Notes under the pieces: model-generated | The model's database searches: none | Told to the model about the DNA's origin: nothing | The model's input: only the letters and a program-made list of their open reading frames with translations | In this document: positions 23,959 through 36,714 of the stretch, piece by piece | Numbering within the stretch: the stretch's first letter is position 1 | How the letters are laid out: each line of letters starts with the position of its first letter | Translations under genes and position numbers: made by a program | Source: Octopus bimaculoides | Lineage: Eukaryota | Length of the DNA: 64,000 nucleotides | Assembly: GCF_001194135.2 (NCBI RefSeq) | Contig: NC_068982.1 | Coordinates: 44,756,111 to 44,820,110 of the forward strand | Direction: 5' to 3'

Positions 23959-26208
23959 AGATACGTTACACCTGTATTCGAATTAAATCTCGAAGTCATG
24001 AGATTTAACTCGAGAAACTGTGTAAAAGAACTTAGCATTTAAAAAATGTTAGCTTATATTTGTTTTAATAAATAATTTCTACATATTTGCACGTGTATTT
24101 TATTTTATTTTCCACTTTAGTATTTGTGTGTGTGTGTGTTTAATTTTAATGATTTTTAAATGTTAGTTGAGATCGACACAAAGTCAGATAAATCGACTGA
24201 AGTTGAAGTTTATTTTTACCGTTGATTTTTTAAAATATACGACATAAAGGTGAAAAATACGTAACTCGAAACCATGTACATGGAGGTATGCCTGGATTTA
24301 ATTCATGGAGCATTAAATGCCTAATTAATTATACCAAAAATCATACCTAGAAATAACTAAGTAAGGAGAAAAACCAACGTTATTAGTCAATGAGCTTACT
24401 CACTCCGAACTGTTTATATTCTATTTTTAATAAATTTTAATTGATTCAAATCTTGATGGATTTTCTCTTTCGTTTTACTTGACCGGAAATTACCATTTTT
24501 CTAATGACTGTTTCCGCTCGCAGCAGTTTAGTTTCAATTAATTAAAATGTCTAAATTCGCTGTATTAAGTATGCTTAACATCGACCTTTCACTGTACTTG
24601 TCAAAGAAAGAAACGATGCAAGAATCATTAAGGTAAATATACGAGGTCGTGTTTGTGCACATTGGTTAGAATTGTTTAGAGAATAAATAATTCATTGGTG
24701 CTATTTACATGAAAGAAACTAATTAGTGTTTTAGAAAATTAGCTTTTACATATTAAATACTAACTGTAAATAAGTATGTAAGTAGCAATGTGCAATTACA
24801 ACTTGATAAGTTTTATGTTGCTATGTCATTACTCATAATGTAGAACATCAATAATTATATTTGATACATGTCAGTTATGACAGGGACTATAACTTAATGG
24901 ATTACTTCGATGGTGTTCATGAGATTTTCTCATCGAGTTTCTTCATATTTCTTTCTTAGATTTCACACTAAATATGAAAACAAGCAAATAAGGCATCAAC
25001 AGCTCGTTAAAATTCAGTTGGCAAGTTCATGACATTGTAGTTACAACACGGGAGTTAGATGACTGCTGCCTGACAAGAAAACAAAGCGAATAATTAGTTT
25101 AATCCCCCAGCTTATAGCTAAGCTCTTCTACGTTGTGTCGATTATTTTAAATATCTAATTTAAATATCTAATTTAGATATCTAATTTAAATATATTTCAT
25201 AAATTTAAATATCTTTTTTCTGAAAATTTAAATATTTATACAAATGTATCTTCTCGAGTGTTTAAAACACTGACAATTTTGTCTTTATATTTACCAATAC
25301 AAATTCTTACTCACCACGCACACATATATATGTATATCTATATACATATGACTTAAGCCGGGTAAAGGTAACTGCAGCTGAAGAACGGTGAACTATTTAA
25401 TTTCATCCTTCAGTTCCGAGTTTAAAATTTTACTTTGCTTTTCATTCTTCTTGGACCGGTAAAACTAACAACAATTTTACTGTATTACTTTTTTAGAAAA
25501 ATCCACTAAAGTAAGTGTTAAAAAATAAGAGCTAATATACAAAGTATAAATAAATAAATATAATTCTAATGCTTAGGAGTAGAATATTATACTTTCAATG
25601 AAGTAGTAGATTGTGGTTGATTTTTTGTGGGGGTGAAGGGCGCCTTTTTTTTTTTAATGAACCTAGCTGAAAATGAACACAGCTACGGGTTAGCCCTGCA
25701 ATGAATTGGCATCCCGTTCAGTGAGCAGAGAGGTAGTTTCACACTTTCATTCGCTAAAACCGGAATAAGCGCCAGCCTATACGCCTACAGGCTCGAACAG
25801 ACTAATTCTTCTTAAGCCCTACTATATTACTGCTATTTATTTTATTGGTCCAATATCGCTTTGCTTTTTATACTTCTGAGCTTTCGCTCGACTGTAGTTG
25901 CTTGCATTACCAACCAGCATTACAGCTTTATTATATCACCAATTAAATTACATATGTTCATGCGTATAGTGACTTCTAGAGCTACTCATCAAATTGCTCA
26001 ACAACCAAGATGAGGATGCATGTAAATGCAATTAAAAGCAAAAATAAAAAAAAGAAGTATGAATAATTTATATTTGTCTGTAGCTACTTTTCAAATGTTT
26101 ATCATTATTTCCATCAGTCTTAATATTTTTTTTAAAGTTTGGAAAGTCCTAAAAATCTCCATCGTTCTCGATCAATAAATTGACCTAAATTTGATGAAAC
26201 ATTAAACT

Positions 26209-26319
26209 ATGAAATGCTTGCTTCTGCTATTTACAATTTCTACTTTGATTCAATCAATAACGCAGTCGGCTGCTGCTGATCTCAATATACAGATAGCAAC
26301 TGCAAAACGACTTTTATAA
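26209..26319 (+). other. Short ORF (36 aa) with signal-peptide-like N terminus
   Basis: MKCLLLLFTISTLIQSITQSAAADLNIQIATAKRLL*; basic-hydrophobic-small residue pattern; no homology recognised. Confidence 0.2.
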
Positions 26320-27645
26320 GAATCTCTGGAGTGTGTTGTAAATACCAGTTAGTCATAGTAACTCTAAACAAATTTACAAATATCTTAAATATATACAACA
26401 ATAAGTAGTTTTCAAACTACATCATTATCTATGAGTTTTACTGAGAGTGATCGTGTAATATATTCTATAGTAATTATACACTGATATTTTCGGACAAGTA
26501 TCCTCGTCTTGGTTGTTGAGTATTTTGATGAACGAAGAAGCTCCGGTTGTGACTATAACAAACAAGATGAGAACACTAGTCTAAATATATCAATGTATAA
26601 ATAATGATAATTATACAATGAATAAATAATGATAATTATACATCTTAGAAATTCAGACAAAAAGTATTTCAGTACTTTAAGAGCTTCGAAAATTTATTTG
26701 AATTTTTTTTTTTTTTTTTTTTTTTTTTGTTCAGTCATTATCTTTATTGAAATAGCTGTATCCATAGCGGGCATTAACTCATAGCACACATGCAAAAATA
26801 TTACAAATGCCGGTGGAAAACTAGACATTTACTGTAAACATTGTTGCGTTCAGCAGAGTATGCCCAGAATTTATTTTTTAAATTCACCATGGGTGTTACA
26901 TTCCCCAGAGTGGAGACGTAGTTTAGCCGTTTAGTTCCAAAAAGCGGCGGCGACTTAACTACTACATGCAATGTAGGATAACGGAGCCAACAGATGAGTA
27001 GTTTGATATAAAAAATAGTTCTAACTATGGTTGGAGCAAAAGGACAGAATTGCTACAATATATTAAACAGCGAATACATTGCTAATGCCATTTATTTCGA
27101 AAATATTTCAGCTAGAATGATTTTTGTTATTTCCTCTTAGGTTAAGTGTTCAACTAAACGGAACATAGATAAAAAAAAAATATCGCCCTGCTTTTTTGCA
27201 TTTTTTTTTTTTTGGTTTTGTTTTTGTCTTAACTAGCTTGTTGTCTTTCCTCTGTAAGATTTCGAGAGTTGATTGTGGGCCTATATTTATCAAATAAATG
27301 TCGATTATTTGAGAGATAGAAAAGAAGAAAAAAATTTTATAATAGCCAATGAGAGACTTACATATTTTCACGAAGTAAGAATATGTCTGAGCAACAAAAC
27401 ATTCATAGCAACACCAAGAACAAATTATGATCCAAGATGAATGTCATTTTAAACAAGAGGATCGTGCTGCTGACTTTACATATTGACATCAGTATTGGCT
27501 TTGTTTTATCATGTTCTCGGACAGTCTTCAATCTTCTCTGAATTATCTGGCTAAAACAGAGAGAACTTGAGTTCACTCAATAACAATCCCTGTGTTACAC
27601 ACCATTCCATTCATGGTCTTTAGATTGGATCAATAATGATAACTC

Positions 27646-27680
<35 letters not shown>

Positions 27681-28281
27681 CCTTATTTTTCTACAAAATA
27701 TGATATAAAATGGCTAACGGTAATTAATTTAGTTAACACATCCTTTTAGTTTTCTTTCTTGGTTATTAACTTTAGTAAAAAGAAAATGGACGAATAATAA
27801 CCCGTTCCAGATTTTTTTTTTCTTTTTATCTTTCAATTCCACCAATGAACGTAGCAAAGGAAAGTCATTAGTTCGAGAATTTAGGTGCCTGCATGGCTTG
27901 TCACCAAGGTTCATTGCAAATATTGTAGTAAATATTGTGAAAAACATTTGGATTGAATTGGTACAGAAATAGAATTGTTGTTTAACGAACGATGAATTAA
28001 TTGAGATTGTCTTTGATTTAATTTGTCCTTCCGTGCGAGTCTTGTGTGGCTTTTGTTTGATTCAAAATGTAGCGAGGAAATATCAAGGGAAGATAGTTCT
28101 AAAGGCCATTTAACAATTTTCGTTCCAACCTCAATCTGTGACCTAATTTCACTTCAAGAACTCCTCTCTTCCATCTTCTCCTTTCTGTCTTCTCCCTCCC
28201 ATATTTGGACAGAAAGCCAAAAGGACAAAAGCTGACTACAGAAATATTATTCTGGCCAAATGATTATCTTTCCATTTTCCT

Positions 28282-28797
28282 TTATTTTTTCCTTTTTACA
28301 TTTCTTTTTATATTGTATGGAGAGGGTATGATGGGAAAGCAAACAAAAGGGAATGTTGTCTTTATGTTAATCATGCCGACATGTGTGTGTTTTTTATGGC
28401 TGTGTCGGGGTGGTAGTGGAGTAAGTGTAAAAGCGATGGTGATTAAGAGGTCATCGTGTATGTGAACGATAGCAGACCCGCATGTGGCATTGTAAGAGAT
28501 AATTCGTGTTCTTATATATGAAGATGAATGAATTTTCATGGAGAATTGTGTTTTCACAAATGTTCTGTCAGTTGTATTTATACTTGCGCATATGAAAACT
28601 GTATTGACGAATAGTTTTGCTGTTATTTCGATATGTAAATATATAGGCCTGGCTTGTCTTAGGGAGAAAGTAACGAAGAGAATATTTGGTTTTAGTAATA
28701 TTCGTGAATATTCCCAGAATGTGTAAGATGATGGTGTTGGGAGCAGTAATGGAGGGGGCGGGCTTTGTGCAAATGATCCTATGTCTAAAGGAAGCAT
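28282..28797 (-). CDS. Unidentified 171-aa ORF / candidate exon in non-repetitive DNA
   Basis: About 180 stop-free codons in AT-rich unique sequence; pyrimidine-rich acceptor TTTACTCCATGCTTCCTTTAG near its start; no recognised domain. Confidence 0.25.
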   Translation of the reverse strand: MLPLDIGSFAQSPPPPLLLPTPSSYTFWEYSRILLKPNILFVTFSLRQARPIYLHIEITAKLFVNTVFICASINTTDRTFVKTQFSMKIHSSSYIRTRIISYNATCGSAIVHIHDDLLITIAFTLTPLPPRHSHKKHTHVGMINIKTTFPFVCFPIIPSPYNIKRNVKRKK

Positions 28798-28937
28798 GGA
28801 GTAAACACAACAGGGTGAGCTAGGTCAGTGTTGAAGACATAAAGTCTGTTATTGTTGTTCAAACACCATATGCATCTTAACGTTGACGTCACATTAAAAA
28901 GAAATGTTAATCAAATGCTAATATCTAAATTCAGATA

Positions 28938-29782
28938 AAGCGGCCAGCTTGCAGAATTGTCAGCATGCCGAGCAAAACACTTAGCGGCATTTTGTCCGTC
29001 CTTACGTTCTGAGTTCAAATTCCGCCGAAGCCGACAAAAATAAGTATCAGTTGAACACTGAAGTTGACTTACTCCATCCCCTGCACAATTTGAAACCAGT
29101 ATCTAAACTCAGATCAAGGCGATGAGCTGGCAGAATCGCTAACACACCGGGCAAAATGCTTAGCTGAATTTCGTCCGTCTTTGCGTTCTGAGTTCAGATT
29201 CCGCCGAGAACAACTTTGCCTTTCATCTTTTTTAGGGTCGATAAAATAAGTACCAGTTGATCGAAATAATCGGCTTAGCCCCTTCCCAGAAATTGCTTGC
29301 CTCGTACCAAAATTTGAAACCATCTTCCCTTCTGCTTCTTATGTCTCTTTCGCGTTGCTTGTGATAGAATCAGTAGAGACGAAGAGAAAAGAAAAAGCGG
29401 ACAAAATTTTTTGCAGTGTTTAATTACCATTCACCTCTATGGTCCGAGTTCAAATCCCTCTGTGGTAGACTTTGTCTTTCATCCTTCTGATAGGAATGCT
29501 ATTTTAAATTACTAGGGTGTTTCACGAGTCAAGAAGCCCAATAAGTATCAGTGACACACTAGGATAGATATAATCTCCAAGCATAAGAGAAAAAAAAGGC
29601 GTTTTTATGTTTATATAAGAAATCATTATTATCAAGACGATGAGTTGGCAGAATCGTAGAGCATCGAACAAAACCATTCTTTAGTTTCTTTTGACTCCAC
29701 GTGGTGAGTGCCTTGCAGTATTTCCTCCAGTTCCTTATGTTCTGAGTTCAAATCACGCCGAGGTAAACTTAGCCTTTCATCC
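28938..29782 (+). mobile_element. Cluster of four SINE family B copies (28938-29100, 29116-29322, ~29395-29570, 29634-29782)
   Basis: Repeated GAGCTGGCAGAATCG / GTTCTGAGTTCAAAT / GCCTTTCATCC motifs; the last copy is cut at the Ginger-like end. Confidence 0.85.
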
Positions 29783-29798
29783 CCCCCCCCCATCCCGG

Positions 29799-30144
29799 TG
29801 TAAACATTTCAAGTTACCTCCTCCCTATTTCAAGCTACCTCCCGGTAATCTGAAATCGATTTCAGATTACCGGGGGAGTAACCTGAAACAGATTCTAAAT
29901 TATCCCTGCGCTGTTCACATTACCCCCTCAATGATTTTGCTGAAATAATATATTCTAAGACTTACAACTGATATTTTATAACATTAAACACGGATTACAT
30001 TCAAGATTGTAAACTAATCTTAAAATATGAAAATAAGTCAAAAATATTAGATTTTTTAAAAACACTTTTATGATGCGCTGCGAAAAAACATATCAGAGAT
30101 TATGTGCTTGCAATTGCTTTTAAATAAAAACGCTTTTATTTATT

Positions 30145-30177
<33 letters not shown>

Positions 30178-31900
30178 TTAAGGAGGAAGTGATTTGGATT
30201 AGAGTACTTTTTTCTATAGATATGTAGCAGATGGATGTTGACAGAATGTAACGATAAGAGATTGATTTGAAGAACGATATGTGTTTTATACACAAACCGA
30301 AATTTATACACCTTAAATTGGTAACGAAATGTATTTATATACATTAAAAAATCACTGCAATTTGTTTGCTTTTAGTTTGGAGCTTGGGTATCGTAATTTG
30401 TTTTTCGTTTTTTTTTACTTGCTGGTTGTTGCTCAATATATCGAGTGAAGTTGCATTATTTTCTCTTCTAGGGCTTTATTGTTATTTGAAAGTTGATCGG
30501 CATTTTTGCCACAAACTTCTGCAACAGTGTAAAGACCTTTCTGTCCTCTCGAATTACGTTTTTGAGTAGAACTTTATTTCTTATACTGAACTGCTGGTGC
30601 TTGTGTTTTCTATTGTATTGTTTTTTTGAACGGACTGAGCTATTCTAATATTGGAGGCAACTCAAGAAATCAAACTGTCCCGAATAGCTGTCATAACATC
30701 AATTTTTCTGGATATAGATTGATCATTTCCAAAACTGTCTCGATCTTTGGCAGTTGGGTGGTGCTGTAGTTCAGCTGGAAGTGTAGCTTGCCTATTGTAT
30801 AAAATTTGAAAAGGGGTAAAATGTGTTGAAGAATGTTTGACTGTTTGATACGCAAACAGAACTGCTGGTAAACATTCAACCCAGTTTGATAAAAGTATCT
30901 TTTATAGTGTGATTCTGTAGCTCCACGAGGCAATTTGCTTGAAGGTGATAAGCACTTATGTGCTGCTGTGTTCCTGTCAGTTTAGATAGTTCTGCAGACA
31001 CTCTGTTTACGAATTCTCTTCCTTGGTCATTTATCTGAAGTTTTATACAGCCATGCCGACATAGAACCTCCTCAAAGAGTAACTTTCCCACACTTTCCTC
31101 TATGTGATCTTTCAAAGGACGAGCCACAGGCCATTTGGAAAAGTAATCCAATGCAACAACAATGCAACAATAACCATCATCTGTTTTCGGCAAATTGGTG
31201 ATATCGACACCAATTCGAGCCATCATTTCATTTGGCACGGGAACAGGATGAAACTTTCCAACATAATTTTATGAACAGGGTTCACTTTTTGACACTGATC
31301 ACAAGACAAAACGAACTCCTTCGTGTCTTTGTCCACATTTTTCCAATGAAATCTCTTTCTAAAGTTTTAGCTCTTGTTCTGTCGACACCAAGATGACTTC
31401 TCTAGCAGCGGGAAGTCATCTTGGTGCCCATGTGAACACTTGAAATAATACTCTTTTGTTCATTCGGATTGCGAATGACCAAGACTTTCCGGTATTCATT
31501 TTCAAAATTTCTTACTCTCTCGGCTCTGTGACAATAGTAGAGTTGACCACACCGTGCAACATAATGCTTAGAGAGGTTTGCCTTTTCGTTTTTGGACATA
31601 TAAGGTCCATATTTGTTGTTAACAACATAATCAAATTTCAAATCAGTGTTGTCAGCTTTGTCTTGTGTACTAAAAGTAGCCATTCTGGATATGCTTCTTT
31701 CAAATTTCTTCAGCTGTAACTAAGTGAAAACTCCAACTAAATGAAAGCTCTGACTTTCTCTTTGATTTACATTACTTTCTCTTTCATTTACAAATGTACA
31801 TTATGCATACACACATAAACGTCAACACATACATTTAATGGGTTCACCCATTATCTCCCTTGATACAAACTTACATTATTAACTATACTTTTTAGTAATT
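29799..31900 (-). mobile_element. Ginger1/GIN-like integrase DNA transposon (one end seen; other end unresolved near low-quality sequence/N gap)
   Basis: CCGG|TGTAAAC terminus with subterminal repeats; integrase ORF with a short N-terminal domain and no RT/RNase H upstream. Confidence 0.75.
30400..31683 (-). pseudogene. Gypsy-like (Ginger/GIN) DDE integrase, disrupted
   Basis: N-terminal YMSKNEKANL..GQLYY; HHCC (SVH...SHLGVDRT..RFHW..CDQCQK); RIGVD, LDYFSKWP, NDQGREFVN, AYHLQANCLVELQN; WVECLPAVLFAY..HSSTHFTPFQILYNRQATLP; QKKQYNRKH..KVLLKN; several stops and frameshifts. Confidence 0.9.
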
Positions 31901-32728
31901 ATATTAGTAGGTTACAGAAGAAAAATGGGCAAAACTTCCGCCCTTCCTCACCCCTCAAAAAACACCCTTTTCTAAAAAAATTTTTTCGACACAACCCCGT
32001 CCCCTTTTCGGCTACGGCGAATACGAATCTGCCAAAAAATTGGCAAAAATCGGCATTTTTAAATTACCACCACCACCCCTATTCATTTTTTAATTTTTTT
32101 CCAAATTTTTTTTTTTTCAAAATACGCGGTAAAATACGGAGATTATGATTCTGAAAAAAATTTCCAAAAATTTTTGTAAAACTTNNNNNNNNNNNNNNNN
32201 NNNNNNNNNNNNNNNNNNNNNNNNNNNNNNNNNNNNNNNNNNNNNNNNNNNNNNNNNNNNNNNNNNNNNNNNNNNNNNNNNNNNNNNNNNNNNNNNNNNN
32301 NNNNNNNNNNNNNNNNNNNNNNNNNNNNNNNNNNNNNNNNNNNNNNNNNNNNNNNNNNNNNNNNNNNNNNNNNNNNNNNNNNNNNNNNNNNNNNNNNNNN
32401 NNNNNNNNNNNNNNNNNNNNNNNNNNNNNNNNNNNNNNNNNNNNNNNNNNNNNNNNNNNNNNNNNNNNNNNNNNNNNNNNNNNNNNNNNNNNNNNNNNNN
32501 NNNNNNNNNNNNNNNNNNNNNNNNNNNNNNNNNNNNNNNNNNNNNNNNNNNNNNNNNNNNNNNNNNNNNNNNNNNNNNNNNNNNNNNNNNNNNNNNNNNN
32601 NNNNNNNNNNNNNNNNNNNNNNNNNNNNNNNNNNNNNNNNNNNNNNNNNNNNNNNNNNNNNNNNNNNNNNNNNNNNNNNNNNNNNNNNNNNNNNNNNNNN
32701 NNNNNNNNNNNNNNNNNNNNNNNNNNNN

Positions 32729-33065
32729 GCTACGAGCTGGCAGAATCGTTAACTCGCCAGACAAAATACTTAGCGGAATTTCGTCCGTCTTTTGGTTGCG
32801 AGTTCAAATTCTGCCGAAGTCGTCTTTGCCTTTCATCCTTTCGGAGTCGATAAAATAAGTACCAGTTGAACCCTGGATCGATGTTGTAGAGGGCGGTGGG
32901 TCGACAGAATCGTTGGCGTGTCGAAGACATTGCTGATCCACATTTCTTCCCTCTCTTTACTTTCTGAGTTGAAATTCCGCGGAGGTCAACTTTCCCATTC
33001 AGCCTATCGTGGTAACAGTCGAACACTAGGTTGAACGCCCCAAAATTATCTAAAGTAGAAAGAAT
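32729..33065 (+). mobile_element. Two tandem SINE family B copies
   Basis: Heads at ~32731 and ~32890. Confidence 0.8.
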
Positions 33066-34196
33066 TATATTTGTTGTTATTGTTTTGTTGATGTTGTTGA
33101 TGTTTCCTCAACTAATAATGCTTTTGATATAGAAGTTTTGCGGGATTCTTGTTTTTATTATTTTTGATAGTGTTTCGAAGTAGTGTGTGTGTGTGTGTGT
33201 GTGTGTGATTTACAAGACAAAATACAACATAACAAGGAGAGAAAGAGAGAGAGAGTCGTAATGGGGTGGAGAATGAAGTGATGGAATTAGATCCTTTCAT
33301 AAAGGGGAATATATCAGCAATCCTTCAGAAAAAATTCTAAAAAATGAACTTAGACTAAATGAACTTCCTAAATCATGTTCAACAAATTTTTTAAAAAAAG
33401 TATTCAAATTACTCAAATTGACAAACTGCTCTATTTTAACTTTATTTTCAACCCCCCCTCCCCACTCTCTCTCTCTCTAAAATACAAAAATAATTAAATT
33501 CAAAAATGTTCCTTCTGAAACCAAATAAAGAAATAAGAGAGAGGGAGACATAAAAGAAGCTGAAATTGAGTAATATCAATTTAGAATATTAGTCAGAAAA
33601 AATAAAAATTAAGGGAAATGAGTGAAAATTAAAGACAATTACAGTATAAAAGAATAACTGTGTTATTAACATTAAGGAATCCGGGGTCAGGGTGGGGGGA
33701 GCACGACTTACTATTTTATTCGTTGATTTTTATTATGTAGCAGCCATTTTTTCTTCATTTTATCTTTTTATTTAATATGAAAAATGCTGCTGTCTTGCAT
33801 AAGCGACAAAAAGGATATTATATAACGCACATTTTATTCTTTAAACAAAGGTCGTTTATATAACAAACTGTAACCTGTAGTGGAAACTTATCCCTGAAAA
33901 GCCGACGAAGGTGCTTCTATAGTTGTACAAATTGCGACAAATGTCAACCAAATTGTCCTTACATTAGGCCTTCGCTGTCTTAAACAAGAGAAGGGCATAT
34001 CGGGAAAAAAAGAAGAAAAAAAAGATTGGTTGAGACTGGAAAGCTTTTGAACATAGAGTCACATGTCATCAACTGCTTCCCAATATTGAATCATTCGAAC
34101 TCCATCAGCGTAAATATTTTAAATGCATTAAGAGAATAAATCTGGGAATGTGTCTGTACTCGATAATGACTAATTACACTGGGTAAATTAAGATAT

Positions 34197-34573
34197 GTGG
34201 AGGTGCAATGGCCCAGTGGTTAGGGCAGCGGACTCGCGGTCATAGAATCGCGGTTTCGATTCCCAGACCGGGCGTTGTGAGTGTTTATTGAGCGAAAACA
34301 CTTAAAGCTCCACGAGGCTCCGGCAGGGGAAGGTGGCGAGCGCTGCTGTACTCTTTCACCAAAACTTTCTCTCACTCTTACTTCCTGTTTCTGTTGTGCC
34401 TGTAATTCAAAGGGTCAGCCTTGTCACGCTGAATATCCCCGAGAACTACGTTAAGGGTACACGTGTCAGTGGAGTGCTCAGCCACTTGCACGTTAATTTC
34501 ACGAGCAGGCTGTTCCGTTGATCGGATCAACTGGAACCCTCCACGTCGTAAGCGATGGCGTGCCAACAACAAG
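34197..34573 (+). mobile_element. SINE family C, full length, (CAA)n tail
   Basis: GTGGAGGTGCAATGGCCCAGTGGTTAGGGC head, GTTTCGATTCCC B box; 9-bp TSD TTAAGATAT at 34188-34196 and 34574-34582. Confidence 0.93.
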
Positions 34574-35207
34574 TTAAGATATAAACCTTTTACCAAAGAA
34601 CTTTTCTTCCAAAATATATTAAGTAGCTAATTAGTTTTAATAAGTTGGCTATTACGGCAATAACAAACGTATGTCGTCTTAGAAGGAAATGAAACAGGTT
34701 TTACGACGGTTTGGGGATAATGGATAATGTTGGTCTCTCTAAGATTTAGTGCTTATTCTGGACTGGCTGTAAATGTATATTCATTGTGAGAATTTCCTAA
34801 TATTTAAGATTAATATACGCTCGTTATTCCCTCAGTGGTCACAGCTATTACAAGGGAAATAATATTTTCTTAATATGAGGTGGGATTAAAAATTTGAATT
34901 TGAAATTGAGGAATTATAAGGAATAAGAGACATTCAATTCATATATTTACTGGGGTTTTTTTTCTTTTTTACTGATAACGAAGTTTTCAATGTATTTTTG
35001 AGCTGTCAGTAGGATTTTTTTCGTCATATTTTTTTCAAAGAAATACTTCGATTTCATCAGCGTCTGATCTTATCAATACATTATTGATTTTATAACTTAG
35101 TTGAAAACAGTTGCATTTGTTTATTTATCTATTTTTTGAGCTGGTGGAATAGTCTGTTAAACCAGCTCTAGGTTACTTGACTGGTATGTTATTATTCTAT
35201 CGACCTG

Positions 35208-35460
35208 GAGACGGCAAGCTGGCAGAATCGTTAGCAGGGGTCGGGCAAAAATGCTTAGCAACTATTTCTTTCGGTTCATTACGTTCTGAGCTCAGACTCC
35301 ACAGAAGTCGATTTGACCTTTTGTGCCTGCGGAGATCGATAAAATAAGCACCCGTTGAACACTGGCGTTGATGTAATCGACGTACAACACTCAACTCCTC
35401 CCTCATCAGCCCCTTCCTTATCTCTTAAAGATTGCTGGCCTTGTGTCAAAATTTGAAACC
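35208..35460 (+). mobile_element. SINE family B, diverged
   Basis: GCAAGCTGGCAGAATCGTTAGC...TTTGAAACCATTATT. Confidence 0.8.
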
Positions 35461-35929
35461 ATTATTTTATCAACCTTGAAATTACCAAAGGCACATTTAA
35501 AACTGCAGCGGAATTCGAAATCAGAACGTAGGTAACATGCCTACAAGATTCTACCAGTCAACCGATATTTTCTCACCTGTGCAGCTTTATTAATAAATAA
35601 TGTTAGAAAATCGGAATTAAAATATTTATAAACAAATTTCATTCTCCTGTGAACAGAATATTTTATAAGATCTGTGGAAATACTAAGCAATTTAATATGA
35701 TTTTATTTTCTAAAAAAAAAATTGGAGTCAAAGTAAAAAAGTGTTGATGCAAAACGAGCCAGGAAATTGTAACTGGAAATTTTCATAACGAATGCTTTTA
35801 GAATACACGGAACACGGAGAGGGAGAGAAGTGTATGTATAGTATATATGTTGTGTGTACACATAACCTACACATATACGAATGTGTGGAAAAACGTGTGT
35901 TTGTATATACGAAACTAATTAAGCGTATA

Positions 35930-36453
<524 letters not shown>

Positions 36454-36714
36454 AGACAGAGAGAGATTCATACGCATAGATAGACAACCACACGCGCATT
36501 CATTGATATTTCAAAGTCGGTGGCGTCACCTTAGTTTGGATAAATAAATTACCTTCAAGATGCTATATCGGAAACTTAAAGAAGGAAGTTCTTGATTTCT
36601 GCACGGATATGTATGTGACATTTCAGTAAGAAATCAATTATTTTCAAAGAAAATCCCCCTCAAGCTGGACTGTTCGTATTAATTACTACTATGTCAATAT
36701 AGCGTCGATTATCT

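Noticed and set aside
25147-25190. Three 13-bp tandem units (AAATATCTAATTT) and a 25-bp doublet at ~26600
   Set aside because: Short AT-rich slippage duplications without spacers; not CRISPR-like.
30145-30177. Long T-run read as a poly(A) tail of a retrocopied integrase
   Set aside because: No AATAAA upstream and no TSD; the element continues to a TGT terminus.
31915-32184. Unusual homopolymer-rich, GC-shifted sequence next to the Ginger-like element
   Set aside because: Abuts an N gap and looks like a low-quality read end; not interpreted.
34197-34275. tRNA-like sequences (also the heads of families A, B, D and 38960)
   Set aside because: No complete acceptor stem; each continues into SINE body sequence, so these are SINE heads and not tRNA genes.
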